From: Thermodesulfobacteriota bacterium | Lineage (GTDB): Bacteria > Desulfobacterota > Desulfomonilia > UBA1062 | Reading direction: 5' to 3' | Assembly (NCBI GenBank): GCA_036825155.1 | Contig: DAISYU010000005.1 | Coordinates: 2,488 to 66,487, forward strand | DNA: 64,000 nucleotides | Part shown: positions 55,965 to 64,000 of the stretch, piece by piece | Numbering within the stretch: position 1 is the first letter of the stretch | How the letters are laid out: every line of letters begins with the position of its first letter | Position numbers and translations under genes: made by a program | Notes under the pieces: generated by a model | What the model was told of the DNA's origin: nothing | The model's input: only the letters and a program-made list of their open reading frames with translations | Databases searched by the model: none

Positions 55965-57203
55965 ATGGCTGAACTGCTTACAGAATATGAAAAGATTGTC
56001 GGACCTGAAGTGATCGATCAACTGCGTCAACTGGCTAAACTCCTGGCCGGGATGAATGTTGTCCATGTAAACTCGACAAAAGAGGGTGGCGGTGTCGCCG
56101 AGATCCTTCATCGAATAATTCCCCTGAAGAACGAGTTGGGCCTTACTGCCAGGTGGGAAGTGATTACCGGAGACAGGGACTTTTACCAGTGCACCAAACT
56201 GATGCACAACGCCCTTCAGGGCAACAGGGTAAATATCTCCGGCGCCATGCTGAAAAACTATGAGAAGACTGCACAGGAAAACGCTGAGAGATTGCGAGAG
56301 GTCCTTGAAGGAGCAGACATGGTCTTCATCCATGATCCCCAGCCTGCTGCCCTGATCAGGCTCTGCAATGCCCGCCGGGGGAAATGGATCTGGCGGTGTC
56401 ATATCGATGTCAGCCATCCCTACCGGGGCGTATGGAAATATCTCCGGGAACATATTAAGGGCTATGATGCGAGTATCTGGTCTCTCTCGGAATATGTGCA
56501 GCCGCTCCCCCATCCGCTCTACCTCATTGCACCCAGTATCGATCCATTGAGCAGCAAGAATATCAAATTGAGTGATGAGGACCTCGCAAAAACCCGCACA
56601 AAATATGGTCTTGATCCTTCCAGACCGATCATCACACAGGTTTCACGGTTTGACCGGTTTAAGGACCCCATAGGCGTTATTCATTCATACCGGCTGGTCA
56701 AGGAGTTTCTTCCATTACAGCTCGTTCTTGCTGGTGGTGGTGCAACGGACGACCCGGAAGGGGAAGAGGTTCTTGCCCAGGTCAGGTCCGGTGCCGAAGG
56801 CGACCCTGATATCCATGTATTACTGCTGCCTCCTGATGATCACCTCACCATTAATGCCCTGCAGAGAATATCCGACATAGTCCTGCAGAAATCCACGCGG
56901 GAGGGGTTCGGGCTCACCGTGACCGAAGCGATGTGGAAAGGCAAGCCGGTGATCGGTGGTGATACCGGCGGCATCAGGCTTCAGGTCATAAATCATCATA
57001 CCGGGTTTCTGGTCAATACCCCTGAGGGTGCTGCACTTCGTATCCGTTATCTTCTGAAACGGAGGGATAAACTGCTCGAGATGGGGAGCAAGGCCCGTCA
57101 GTTTGTGCTGGAGAACTTTCTCATTACCCGGCACCTGCGGGAATATCTGACCCTGATGGTTGCGGTCATGTTCGAACATGAGGACAGGATTGAACCGCAA
57201 TGA
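55965..57203 (+). CDS. treT: Trehalose glycosyltransferring synthase (TreT-like GT4 family)
   Basis: Motifs VVHVNSTKEGGGVAEILH, IHDPQPAAL, WRCHIDVS, PSIDPLSSKN, IITQVSRFD and REGFGLTVTEAMWKGKPVIGG match my recollection of archaeal and bacterial TreT. Confidence 0.7.
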   Translation: MAELLTEYEKIVGPEVIDQLRQLAKLLAGMNVVHVNSTKEGGGVAEILHRIIPLKNELGLTARWEVITGDRDFYQCTKLMHNALQGNRVNISGAMLKNYEKTAQENAERLREVLEGADMVFIHDPQPAALIRLCNARRGKWIWRCHIDVSHPYRGVWKYLREHIKGYDASIWSLSEYVQPLPHPLYLIAPSIDPLSSKNIKLSDEDLAKTRTKYGLDPSRPIITQVSRFDRFKDPIGVIHSYRLVKEFLPLQLVLAGGGATDDPEGEEVLAQVRSGAEGDPDIHVLLLPPDDHLTINALQRISDIVLQKSTREGFGLTVTEAMWKGKPVIGGDTGGIRLQVINHHTGFLVNTPEGAALRIRYLLKRRDKLLEMGSKARQFVLENFLITRHLREYLTLMVAVMFEHEDRIEPQ

Positions 57204-58006
57204 GTTATGCGTCAGAAAGCGATATACCACTCATCATCAATATACCGGATTTCTGGGACCGGTTGGACGAAGCACGGAAACGATTTCTCGCCCTTGATTA
57301 TGACGGCACCCTGGCCCCGTTCCGCATCGAGAGGATGGAAGCCGCACCGTTAGAAGGTATCCCAGAGCTCTTAAAGCAGATTCAGGCTAGAGATGATACC
57401 ACCCTTGCCATTATTTCAGGACGATCCCTGTTCGAGCTTACCGGTCTCGTGGGGAATATAGGGGTCACCATGGTGGGGAGCCATGGGTTCGAGCTTCGTG
57501 GTCCGGATGGTGATATTGTCGTAAAGAAGATCAGCCCTGAGCAGGAAGTGGGCCTCGTGGAGGCGAGGGCCATCGGCATTGAAGCCGGCCTTGAGAAACG
57601 TCTTGAGACAAAGACAGCGAGTATCGCTCTTCATACCCGGGGCCTTTCTCCGGGTGAGGCCTCACGCATGGAAGACGAGATGCATGGTACATGGGGGGAT
57701 CTCGCTGAAAAGTATAGTCTCGAGGTAAAGAGATTCAACGGCGGGGTGGAACTGCGGGCCATGGGATGGAACAAGGGAGATGCCCTGGAGTCCCTGCTGC
57801 TCGATCTGAAGGAAGAAACCCTGTGTGTATATATCGGGGATGACGAGACGGACGAGGACGCCTTCGAGAGGATACAGCCCTATGGGTTCGGCATCAGGGT
57901 GGGGGACCCTTTCCAGCCATCAAAGGCAAACGGATTTCTGCCGGACATTGAGTCGGTAAAACGCTTTCTTGTTGCATGGAGGGATATGCCCTCACCAACA
58001 TCTTGA
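57200..58006 (+). CDS. otsB: Trehalose-6-phosphate phosphatase (HAD family)
   Basis: HAD motif I LALDYDGTL, motif II SGRS and motif IV GDDETDED. Overlaps treT by 4 nt. Confidence 0.8.
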   Translation: MSYASESDIPLIINIPDFWDRLDEARKRFLALDYDGTLAPFRIERMEAAPLEGIPELLKQIQARDDTTLAIISGRSLFELTGLVGNIGVTMVGSHGFELRGPDGDIVVKKISPEQEVGLVEARAIGIEAGLEKRLETKTASIALHTRGLSPGEASRMEDEMHGTWGDLAEKYSLEVKRFNGGVELRAMGWNKGDALESLLLDLKEETLCVYIGDDETDEDAFERIQPYGFGIRVGDPFQPSKANGFLPDIESVKRFLVAWRDMPSPTS

Positions 58007-58017
58007 GGAGAAGATAC

Positions 58018-59493
58018 ATGGCCGCACAGAGACTTGTGGTGGTATCAAACCGGCTGCCTGTTGTTCTGACAAAAACAGGCACCGACACGTGGAGTATCCG
58101 TCCGGGGTCAGGGGGGCTTGTGACGGCTATGGGGCCTGTCCTGCGTGACCGTGGAGGTCTGTGGATCGGCTGGCCGGGTTTAACCTCGGAAGATTGTCCT
58201 GATAATCAGTCCCTGAATGAACTGATTGCACAAGGGGCAAGCCATAGCGGCTACGCACTTAAATATGTCTATCTGGACAGAGAGGAGATCGGCAAGTACT
58301 ACTACGGGTTTTCCAATGAGATACTCTGGCCCCTGTTTCACGACCTCTTCCCTCAGTGCAATTTCGACCCCGCATACTGGGAAGCATATCAGCGGGTGAA
58401 CAACAAGTTTGCCAGCTTCGTCATCGACAACACCGAAGATGATGATTATGTATGGGTCAATGATTACCAACTTATCCTGGTGGCCCGGGAAATGAAACGG
58501 ATCGGCCGCAGACGGCATATCGGCTTCTTTCTCCACATCCCGTTCCCGCCTCTGGATATATTTCTCAAACTGCCGTGGCGGTTCGAGATCCTGGAGGCAC
58601 TGCTTGAGTATGACCTCATCGGTTTCCAGACGGTTCGTGACCGGAGAAATTTTATCGGGTGCGTGAGGGCACTTCTCGGATATAAGGTAACCGGTAGAGG
58701 CCAGGTCAGTTCCATCATGATCGATGAGCGCAGGGTTCACGTGGGAGCCTTCCCTATAAGCATCGATTTTAAAGAGTTTTCTGATTTCGCCAAAACCCAG
58801 GAAGTCTCGGACCAGGCATGGATAATCCATGCAAATCTGCCGAGGAGACAGCTCATCTTAGGGGTGGACCGTCTCGACTACACAAAGGGTATACCCCACA
58901 GGCTGCTGGCCTTCGACAATGCCCTGTCCCGCTACCCTGACATGCGTCGCAAGGTCACCTTTATTCAGGTTGTGGTACCCAGCCGGAGGGACGTGGAAGA
59001 ATACGAGAAACTCAAACAGGAGATCGAGGGCCTTGTGGGAGAGATCAACGGGCGATACACGGAGGTGGGCTGGACCCCTGTGCACTACATATTCCGTGCA
59101 TTGCCCCGTAAAGAGCTGGTTGCCTACTACCGAACGTGCGAGATTGCGCTGATCACCCCGCTCAAAGACGGGATGAACCTGGTTGCAAAAGAATACTGCG
59201 CAAGCTCTATTGAAGAAAAAGGTGTGCTGATTCTCAGTGAGTTTGCAGGGGCGGCTGCGCAGCTGTATACCGGAGCACTCCTGGTCAATCCCTATGACCG
59301 ACAGGGGGTTGCGGATGCAATTTACCAGGCCTTCACCATGAATCAGGAAGACAGGCAGCAAAGGATGTGCCGGCTCAGGGCTTTGATACAGAGATACGAT
59401 ATCATCTATTGGGTCAATTCATTCCTCAGGGCAGGGATTGCAAAAAACCTGGATGATTTTCCCCAGATGGAATTTTTTGTCCCTAAACAGTGA
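58018..59493 (+). CDS. otsA: Alpha,alpha-trehalose-phosphate synthase (GT20)
   Basis: RLVVVSNRLPV ... GGLVTAMGPVL ... GWPG N-terminal signature. 492 aa. A GAGGAG ribosome-binding site lies upstream. Confidence 0.9.
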   Translation: MAAQRLVVVSNRLPVVLTKTGTDTWSIRPGSGGLVTAMGPVLRDRGGLWIGWPGLTSEDCPDNQSLNELIAQGASHSGYALKYVYLDREEIGKYYYGFSNEILWPLFHDLFPQCNFDPAYWEAYQRVNNKFASFVIDNTEDDDYVWVNDYQLILVAREMKRIGRRRHIGFFLHIPFPPLDIFLKLPWRFEILEALLEYDLIGFQTVRDRRNFIGCVRALLGYKVTGRGQVSSIMIDERRVHVGAFPISIDFKEFSDFAKTQEVSDQAWIIHANLPRRQLILGVDRLDYTKGIPHRLLAFDNALSRYPDMRRKVTFIQVVVPSRRDVEEYEKLKQEIEGLVGEINGRYTEVGWTPVHYIFRALPRKELVAYYRTCEIALITPLKDGMNLVAKEYCASSIEEKGVLILSEFAGAAAQLYTGALLVNPYDRQGVADAIYQAFTMNQEDRQQRMCRLRALIQRYDIIYWVNSFLRAGIAKNLDDFPQMEFFVPKQ

Positions 59494-59715
59494 GGTGTTC
59501 TCACCGGTCTCTTTGCTCTCGGTGACAGCGGGACGGAGCGTGGCAGCAGTGGTGCATGCATCGTGGGAAAATGCAAATAGATGAGTAAAATTAATTGATT
59601 GTGAGGATTGGCCTTAAAGATGAAATCACTTGAGAAATGATGATTTTTTCATTAATGTGGATGATACAACAACCCGATGACGGATACCTGAGTACAGCAG
59701 AAAAAGAGGTGAACC

Positions 59716-60711
59716 ATGAAAAAGTCACACATCTTTTTATCCATAGCGGTCATGTTTCTTCTTGCATTGCTTACTGCCTGCGGAACGGAAACGGACGACT
59801 ACACGGGCTCGCCCTTGAGCACCTTCAGTGATGAAGTGAAAGTGTGCACGCCTTTCCTTGAGGGAAGCGGGCAGGATCTCGGGGACATATCTCTGGATGA
59901 ATGGTCAGCGTGGGATCCCCAGGTGGATCGCAGTGCTCTCGGAAAACTGTTCAATACCGAGATCGGCCAGGACGAGTGTATCTACACGCAGATCGAAGTC
60001 CTTGACAGCCTCATTGCAAAGGTCAATGAATTCCTTGAATACTGGGGAGAAGACGGCACCTACACCATCGGTGACATGTCGGCGACTATCGATAATGATA
60101 CCAGTTCGGTCTACGTCCCCTATTTGAGGACCTTCTTTGCCGAGCTCATCTCTGTACCGGTGGACAGGGAGATCACCCTGACAGATTCAGGTGATGATCT
60201 GACCCTTCACATGGCGTTTTTGATCGATGGTACTGCCGAATATATCGTAACTCAATACACCATCGGCACTACCCAGGCCGGAGTATACTATACGGAACGG
60301 GACGGTGACGAGCTCAGGATATGGCATGCGAGTGTCAGGACCAGGAAGGTTCAGTTCACCTGGGAAGGACATGCCGGCGATCAGTGGTTCACCATCACCC
60401 AGTGCAGTGATGTCACCGGGAACTGGGAAGTCATGGGCGGCGGCAGCGTTGAGGTCAGTACCGATGAAATGGCCTTTATGGCCCGCAATCAGTATACGGG
60501 TGGTTCAGCAGACGAGTACTACGTGACCCTGACCCGGGCGGAACTCGAGAGCGGGACCGAACCGACAGGCGGTATCATTGATGCAGGGACTACTGAACCG
60601 AACGGGAGCGGCGTGCTGGCCTATATTACCGAGGGAGAGCCCGAATGTTTCGGCTTTCTCGGTGTCGGTGCCTATCCGAGTGATGTAGGTGTCCTCGCCT
60701 GGGGCCAATGA
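59716..60711 (+). CDS. Secreted lipoprotein, function unknown
   Basis: Lipobox LLALLTAC-GTE, Thr/Gly/Asp-rich and probably beta-rich. 331 aa. Confidence 0.45.
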   Translation: MKKSHIFLSIAVMFLLALLTACGTETDDYTGSPLSTFSDEVKVCTPFLEGSGQDLGDISLDEWSAWDPQVDRSALGKLFNTEIGQDECIYTQIEVLDSLIAKVNEFLEYWGEDGTYTIGDMSATIDNDTSSVYVPYLRTFFAELISVPVDREITLTDSGDDLTLHMAFLIDGTAEYIVTQYTIGTTQAGVYYTERDGDELRIWHASVRTRKVQFTWEGHAGDQWFTITQCSDVTGNWEVMGGGSVEVSTDEMAFMARNQYTGGSADEYYVTLTRAELESGTEPTGGIIDAGTTEPNGSGVLAYITEGEPECFGFLGVGAYPSDVGVLAWGQ

Positions 60712-60920
60712 GTATTCAGTGAGGTGATTGAGCATTGTCATCCCTTCGTGCGGTGGATCCGAAAGGGATGATTAGGTATTTCCTGGTGGCTGATCAGTAG
60801 TGGCGGCGTAGTTCCCCTATCTGTTTTATCAATAGTGCATGTTTTCAGAAAAAGGTAAGGGTTTGTTGTTATCTTCACAGATGATGTATGATATAATTAT
60901 ATAATCACAACTGAGAGAGG

Positions 60921-61838
60921 TTGTTTACTATGAAGTACATGAGTGTGGCTGATGTAGAGGAGAAACTGGAACAGGCGGATTATATCACATCACGGGAAAT
61001 CGCAACGGTGGTTTTCCTTGCTTCGGTAACGAAGAAACCCATCCTGGTGGAGGGGCCTGCTGGTGTCGGCAAGACAGAGCTGGCAAAGGCAGTAGCCAGG
61101 TCGCTGTCTCTGGAGCTCATCCGTCTCCAGTGCTATGAGGGCCTTGACGAATCAAAGGCGCTGTACGAGTGGGAGTATGCAAAGCAGCTCCTGTACACGC
61201 AGATGGTCAAGGAAAAGATCAGTGATGTCATTGCAGGTGCACGTTCGCTGGGTGACGCAGTGGAGAAGATTGCCTCGCAGGAAGACGCCTTTTTCTCCGA
61301 GCGGTTCATACAGCCCCGGCCGCTTCTCCAGGCCATCTCATCGGATGAGACGGTGGTTCTGCTGATCGACGAGGTGGACAAATCCGACCCCGAATTCGAG
61401 GCCTTTCTCCTGGAACTCTTAAGTGATTTTCAGGTATCCATACCGGAACTCGGCACAAAGAAGGCAAAGAATATCCCGTTTGTTGTGCTCACCTCCAACA
61501 ATTACCGGGATATGAGCGATGCCCTGAAGCGCCGATGCATCCATATCTACATCGATTACCCTCAGCGGGAACTGGAGATGCGTATCGTAAAACTCAAGAT
61601 TCCCGGTATAGGTGAGCGGCTTACCGCAGAGCTCGTGGATGCTATCCGGAAGATCCGAGAACTCGATCTGAAAAAGAGGCCGTGCATCTCCGAGACACTC
61701 GACTGGGCGCGCTCCCTCATTGCGCTTCAGGTTGAGGAACTCAGCAGTGAGGTGCTTGTGGAGACGCTCAACATGATCTGCAAGTACAAGGCCGACTCGG
61801 ATATGGTAAAGGTGAACATAGCAAACATTGTGAATTAG
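60921..61838 (+). CDS. MoxR-family AAA+ ATPase (CoxD-like)
   Basis: Walker A ILVEGPAGVGKTELAKAVA, Walker B VVLLIDEVDK and sensor motifs. 305 aa. Confidence 0.85.
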   Translation: MFTMKYMSVADVEEKLEQADYITSREIATVVFLASVTKKPILVEGPAGVGKTELAKAVARSLSLELIRLQCYEGLDESKALYEWEYAKQLLYTQMVKEKISDVIAGARSLGDAVEKIASQEDAFFSERFIQPRPLLQAISSDETVVLLIDEVDKSDPEFEAFLLELLSDFQVSIPELGTKKAKNIPFVVLTSNNYRDMSDALKRRCIHIYIDYPQRELEMRIVKLKIPGIGERLTAELVDAIRKIRELDLKKRPCISETLDWARSLIALQVEELSSEVLVETLNMICKYKADSDMVKVNIANIVN

Positions 61839-61848
61839 GCCTGCAGAC

Positions 61849-63231
61849 ATGGTAAAGGCTATCCTGAGATTTGTGGCGTGCTGCCGGACTGCCGGGTACC
61901 GGGTTTCCACCTCGGAGGTGCTCGATTGCATCTCTCAGCTCGAGCTGATCGATATGCTCGAGGAAGAGGAGTTCAGGGCCGTTCTGCGGGCGAATTTTGC
62001 CAAGAGCAGGCGGGAACAGGCCCATTTCGATCAGCTCTATCATCTCTTCTTCCACGAATTGCGTCAGGATATCAATCTGGACGAGTCCGATCCGCTCTCC
62101 GAGAAGATGGATCAGGTGCTGGACAGCCTCCAGGAGCGCCCGAACGGAGACCAGGCACACCGGGCCATACTCGAGTTTCTCTCCGGCAATCCCCTGCCGT
62201 TCCTCGAGATCATGAGAATGATCCAGACCGAGGAAATAAATATGAGCCAGGGCAGAAAATTCAATCTGGGTCCCCTGGCCAGCCGGCTCAGGGTGATGGT
62301 GCAGCTCAATGATGTCAGGAGCGAGATCAGCCGGTTCTTAGATGAGAATATCCTGCACTATGCACAGCAGACGCGCCGGGATCTCGCCAGGCGTTTCTAT
62401 GAGCAGCTCGAAAACGCCTATGCCCTTCTCCTGAGAGAGCCGCGCCCCCACAATGATGCGCTCAGGGAGGTAAAGACCCATGATCAGTACCTGCGGCAGC
62501 TCGGTGACAGGCCGTTTACCTCACTTACCCCCAAGGAACTGGAGCAGGTGCGCGAGATCATCGACAAGCTCGTAAGGAAATTGAAGGACATCATATCCAG
62601 GCGCTATGCCACCAGCAAGCGGGGTGTTCTGGATGTGAAAAAGACGCTGAGAAAGGCGGACAGGTACCAGGGTGTGCCCATGGAGATCAAGTTCAAGAAG
62701 AGACCTCCAAGAAAAGGCAAAATCGTTACCCTGTGTGACATATCCTCTTCCGTCTGGGCTGCTGCACGGTTCATGCTGAACATACTCTACTCCCTCCAGG
62801 AGTGTTTTACCAAGGTGAACAGCTTTGTGTTCGTCTCCGGACTTGCAGAGGTGACCGACATCTTTGAGAACGAAGAGATCAACCATGCTATCGAGATGGT
62901 CCTCAAGGAGGTGGATATCGACTACCATGCACCCACCGACTACGGTGAGACCTTCCGGCATTTCAAGCGGGACTACATGGACATCCTCAACAACAAGACC
63001 ACGCTCATCATCATAGGCGACGCCCGATCGAACTATTTCCATCCCGAAGACAGGATCCTTTCAGAGATGAGAGATAGATGCCGCAGGCTCATCTGGCTCA
63101 ACCCTGAGGCTCAGCAAAGCTGGAATACGGGTGACAGCGAGATGTATTCCTACAAGCCCTACTGTCATGAACTCAGGGCATGCCGTAATCTCAACCAGCT
63201 CCTTGATTTTGTGGAGGACCTCATTCTTTAA
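61849..63231 (+). CDS. VWA-domain protein (CoxE-like partner of MoxR)
   Basis: The C-terminal half has a von Willebrand A fold with a MIDAS-like DISSS (VTLCDISSSV). The gene immediately follows MoxR (10-nt gap). Confidence 0.75.
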   Translation: MVKAILRFVACCRTAGYRVSTSEVLDCISQLELIDMLEEEEFRAVLRANFAKSRREQAHFDQLYHLFFHELRQDINLDESDPLSEKMDQVLDSLQERPNGDQAHRAILEFLSGNPLPFLEIMRMIQTEEINMSQGRKFNLGPLASRLRVMVQLNDVRSEISRFLDENILHYAQQTRRDLARRFYEQLENAYALLLREPRPHNDALREVKTHDQYLRQLGDRPFTSLTPKELEQVREIIDKLVRKLKDIISRRYATSKRGVLDVKKTLRKADRYQGVPMEIKFKKRPPRKGKIVTLCDISSSVWAAARFMLNILYSLQECFTKVNSFVFVSGLAEVTDIFENEEINHAIEMVLKEVDIDYHAPTDYGETFRHFKRDYMDILNNKTTLIIIGDARSNYFHPEDRILSEMRDRCRRLIWLNPEAQQSWNTGDSEMYSYKPYCHELRACRNLNQLLDFVEDLIL

Positions 63232-63393
63232 AATAAACAGTGCCTATGTATGCAATGAATTTTCCGACAAAGGGGGCATAGGAACAGATGAAAGAAAGCT
63301 CACACCTCGAGCACATTACAGGATGTCTCTTGTTTTTTTCATCTACTGCCGGGTTCCTGTCCCCAAGATATGGATTGGGATATGAATATCTGG

Positions 63394-64000
63394 ATGAATA
63401 ACAAGCAGTGCCTTCTGAAAAAGAAGGTAGCCGATTTTGCCGCAGAACACATTGCAACGAGGCCTGACCTGCATACGCTCAAGGAGTTTCCAGCAGGTCT
63501 GTGGGAAGAAATGGGCAGTGAGGGTCTGCTCGGGATCGGTATTCCGGAGGACTTCGGCGGCTCCGGTGGCGACTATCTCAGCATTGCTGTTGCGGGCAAA
63601 GCCCTGAGTGAGGCTGGCAACAACCTCGGGTGTTCGCTCACGTGGATGATACACCAGATCATTGCCCGGTTCTTTCTCCTGGATCACGGTTCAGACGCAC
63701 AACACGTGCAGTATTTACCAGACATGGCCCGAGGGAAGATAACAGGCTGTATTGCCGTCTCTGAACCTGAGGGCGGCGGCCATCCCAAGTATCTGAAAAC
63801 AACTGCCGAGCGTGATGGATCAGTCTTTCTCATCACCGGGGAAAAGACCTTCCTGACCAATGCCCCTATCGCGGATGTGTTTATCGTCTTTGCAGTGGTG
63901 GGTGTGGAACAGTCACGAAAGCGTTTCGGCGCCTTCATCGTCCCTCGGACATCGCCCGGTCTGAGTCTCGCCGAGCCGCTGGATTTCGGCTTTCTCCATC
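63394..64000 (+). CDS. Acyl-CoA dehydrogenase (N-terminal 200 aa; 3' end beyond window)
   Basis: Manual translation: MNNKQCLLKKKVADFAAEHIATRPDLHTLKEFPAGLWEEMGSEGLLGIGIPEDFGGSGGDYLSIAVAGKALSEA ... CIAVSEPEGGGHPKYLKT ... GEKTFLTNAPIADVF. This matches the ACAD N-terminal and middle domain motifs. Alternative starts at 63370 and 63382. Confidence 0.8.
   Translation, partial: MNNKQCLLKKKVADFAAEHIATRPDLHTLKEFPAGLWEEMGSEGLLGIGIPEDFGGSGGDYLSIAVAGKALSEAGNNLGCSLTWMIHQIIARFFLLDHGSDAQHVQYLPDMARGKITGCIAVSEPEGGGHPKYLKTTAERDGSVFLITGEKTFLTNAPIADVFIVFAVVGVEQSRKRFGAFIVPRTSPGLSLAEPLDFGFLH

Noticed and set aside
1-64000. CRISPR arrays, tRNA/rRNA genes, prophage, integron, restriction-modification or toxin-antitoxin modules
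   Set aside because: I saw no periodic direct repeats. I saw no tRNA-like TΨC/acceptor signatures in intergenic regions. There are no integrase, transposase, methyltransferase-endonuclease or small paired ORFs typical of toxin-antitoxin systems. The window looks like core chromosome plus accessory metabolic and envelope clusters.

Overview
This 64-kb window reads as a chromosomal segment from a sigma-54-rich, flagellated anaerobe; gene content suggests a deltaproteobacterium (Desulfobacterota), but that is inference. It is gene-dense, mixing core functions with accessory clusters. There are no rRNA or tRNA genes, no CRISPR array and no obvious transposase or integrase.

Left to right:
- **Flagellar operon (1-7.9 kb, minus strand):** flgB-flgC-fliE-fliF-fliG-fliH-fliI-fliJ, plus a partial coiled-coil gene running off the left edge. 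A candidate sigma-54 promoter sits upstream of flgB, next to a sigma-54 activator (enhancer-binding protein).
- **Second regulatory block (7.9-12.5 kb):** a secreted 884-aa TPR protein, a second NtrC-type sigma-54 activator and ihfB.
- **Housekeeping genes (12.5-17.9 kb):** a pseudouridine synthase, sfsA, an M50 protease, trpS and scpA/scpB.
- **PilZ-methyltransferase fusion** (18.2-19.6 kb), divergent from a hybrid histidine kinase (20.1-22.1 kb).
- **mogA, an EF-G paralog, holB, an Smr-domain gene, a LysR regulator and an MscS channel** (22-29 kb). The Smr gene has an unusual promoter-hairpin-terminator leader.
- **Seven-gene operon porG-porD-porA-porB-nuoE-like-nuoF-like-hoxU/nuoG-N-term-like** (29.4-35.5 kb). 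This predicts a pyruvate:ferredoxin oxidoreductase wired to an NAD(P)H diaphorase module. I rate it the most interesting candidate system in the window.
- **ffh, then a PEP-CTERM-type exopolysaccharide export locus (37.5-46.6 kb):**
  - GAF-PAS histidine kinase and sigma-54 response regulator (PrsK/PrsR-like)
  - Wza-like exporter
  - outer-membrane beta-barrel
  - Wzz-like chain-length determinant
  - ExeA-like ATPase with LysM/SPOR tail
  - tyrosine-kinase-type ATPase with a Tyr-rich tail
- **comF-like gene, a hypothetical with an in-frame 24-bp tandem duplication, and a Rossmann(DUF2520-like)-RfaE-II nucleotidyltransferase fusion** (46.8-49.6 kb).
- **FadL-like outer-membrane protein with an acidic lipoprotein** (49.6-51.6 kb), then a polyprenyl synthase (52.0-52.9 kb).
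- **cbpA-like J-protein and two tandem comEA paralogs** (53.0-55.0 kb).
- **Trehalose locus (55.3-59.5 kb):** a duplicated-domain hypothetical, treT, otsB and otsA.
- **Right edge (59.7-64 kb):** a lipoprotein, a MoxR ATPase with a VWA (CoxD/CoxE-like) partner, and a 5'-partial acyl-CoA dehydrogenase.

A conserved 24-nt element (21/24 identical) overlaps the promoters of the polyprenyl synthase gene and of the trehalose operon.

Near 22 kb my hand-counted positions differ by about 1 nt from the supplied ORF track, so boundaries there are approximate.
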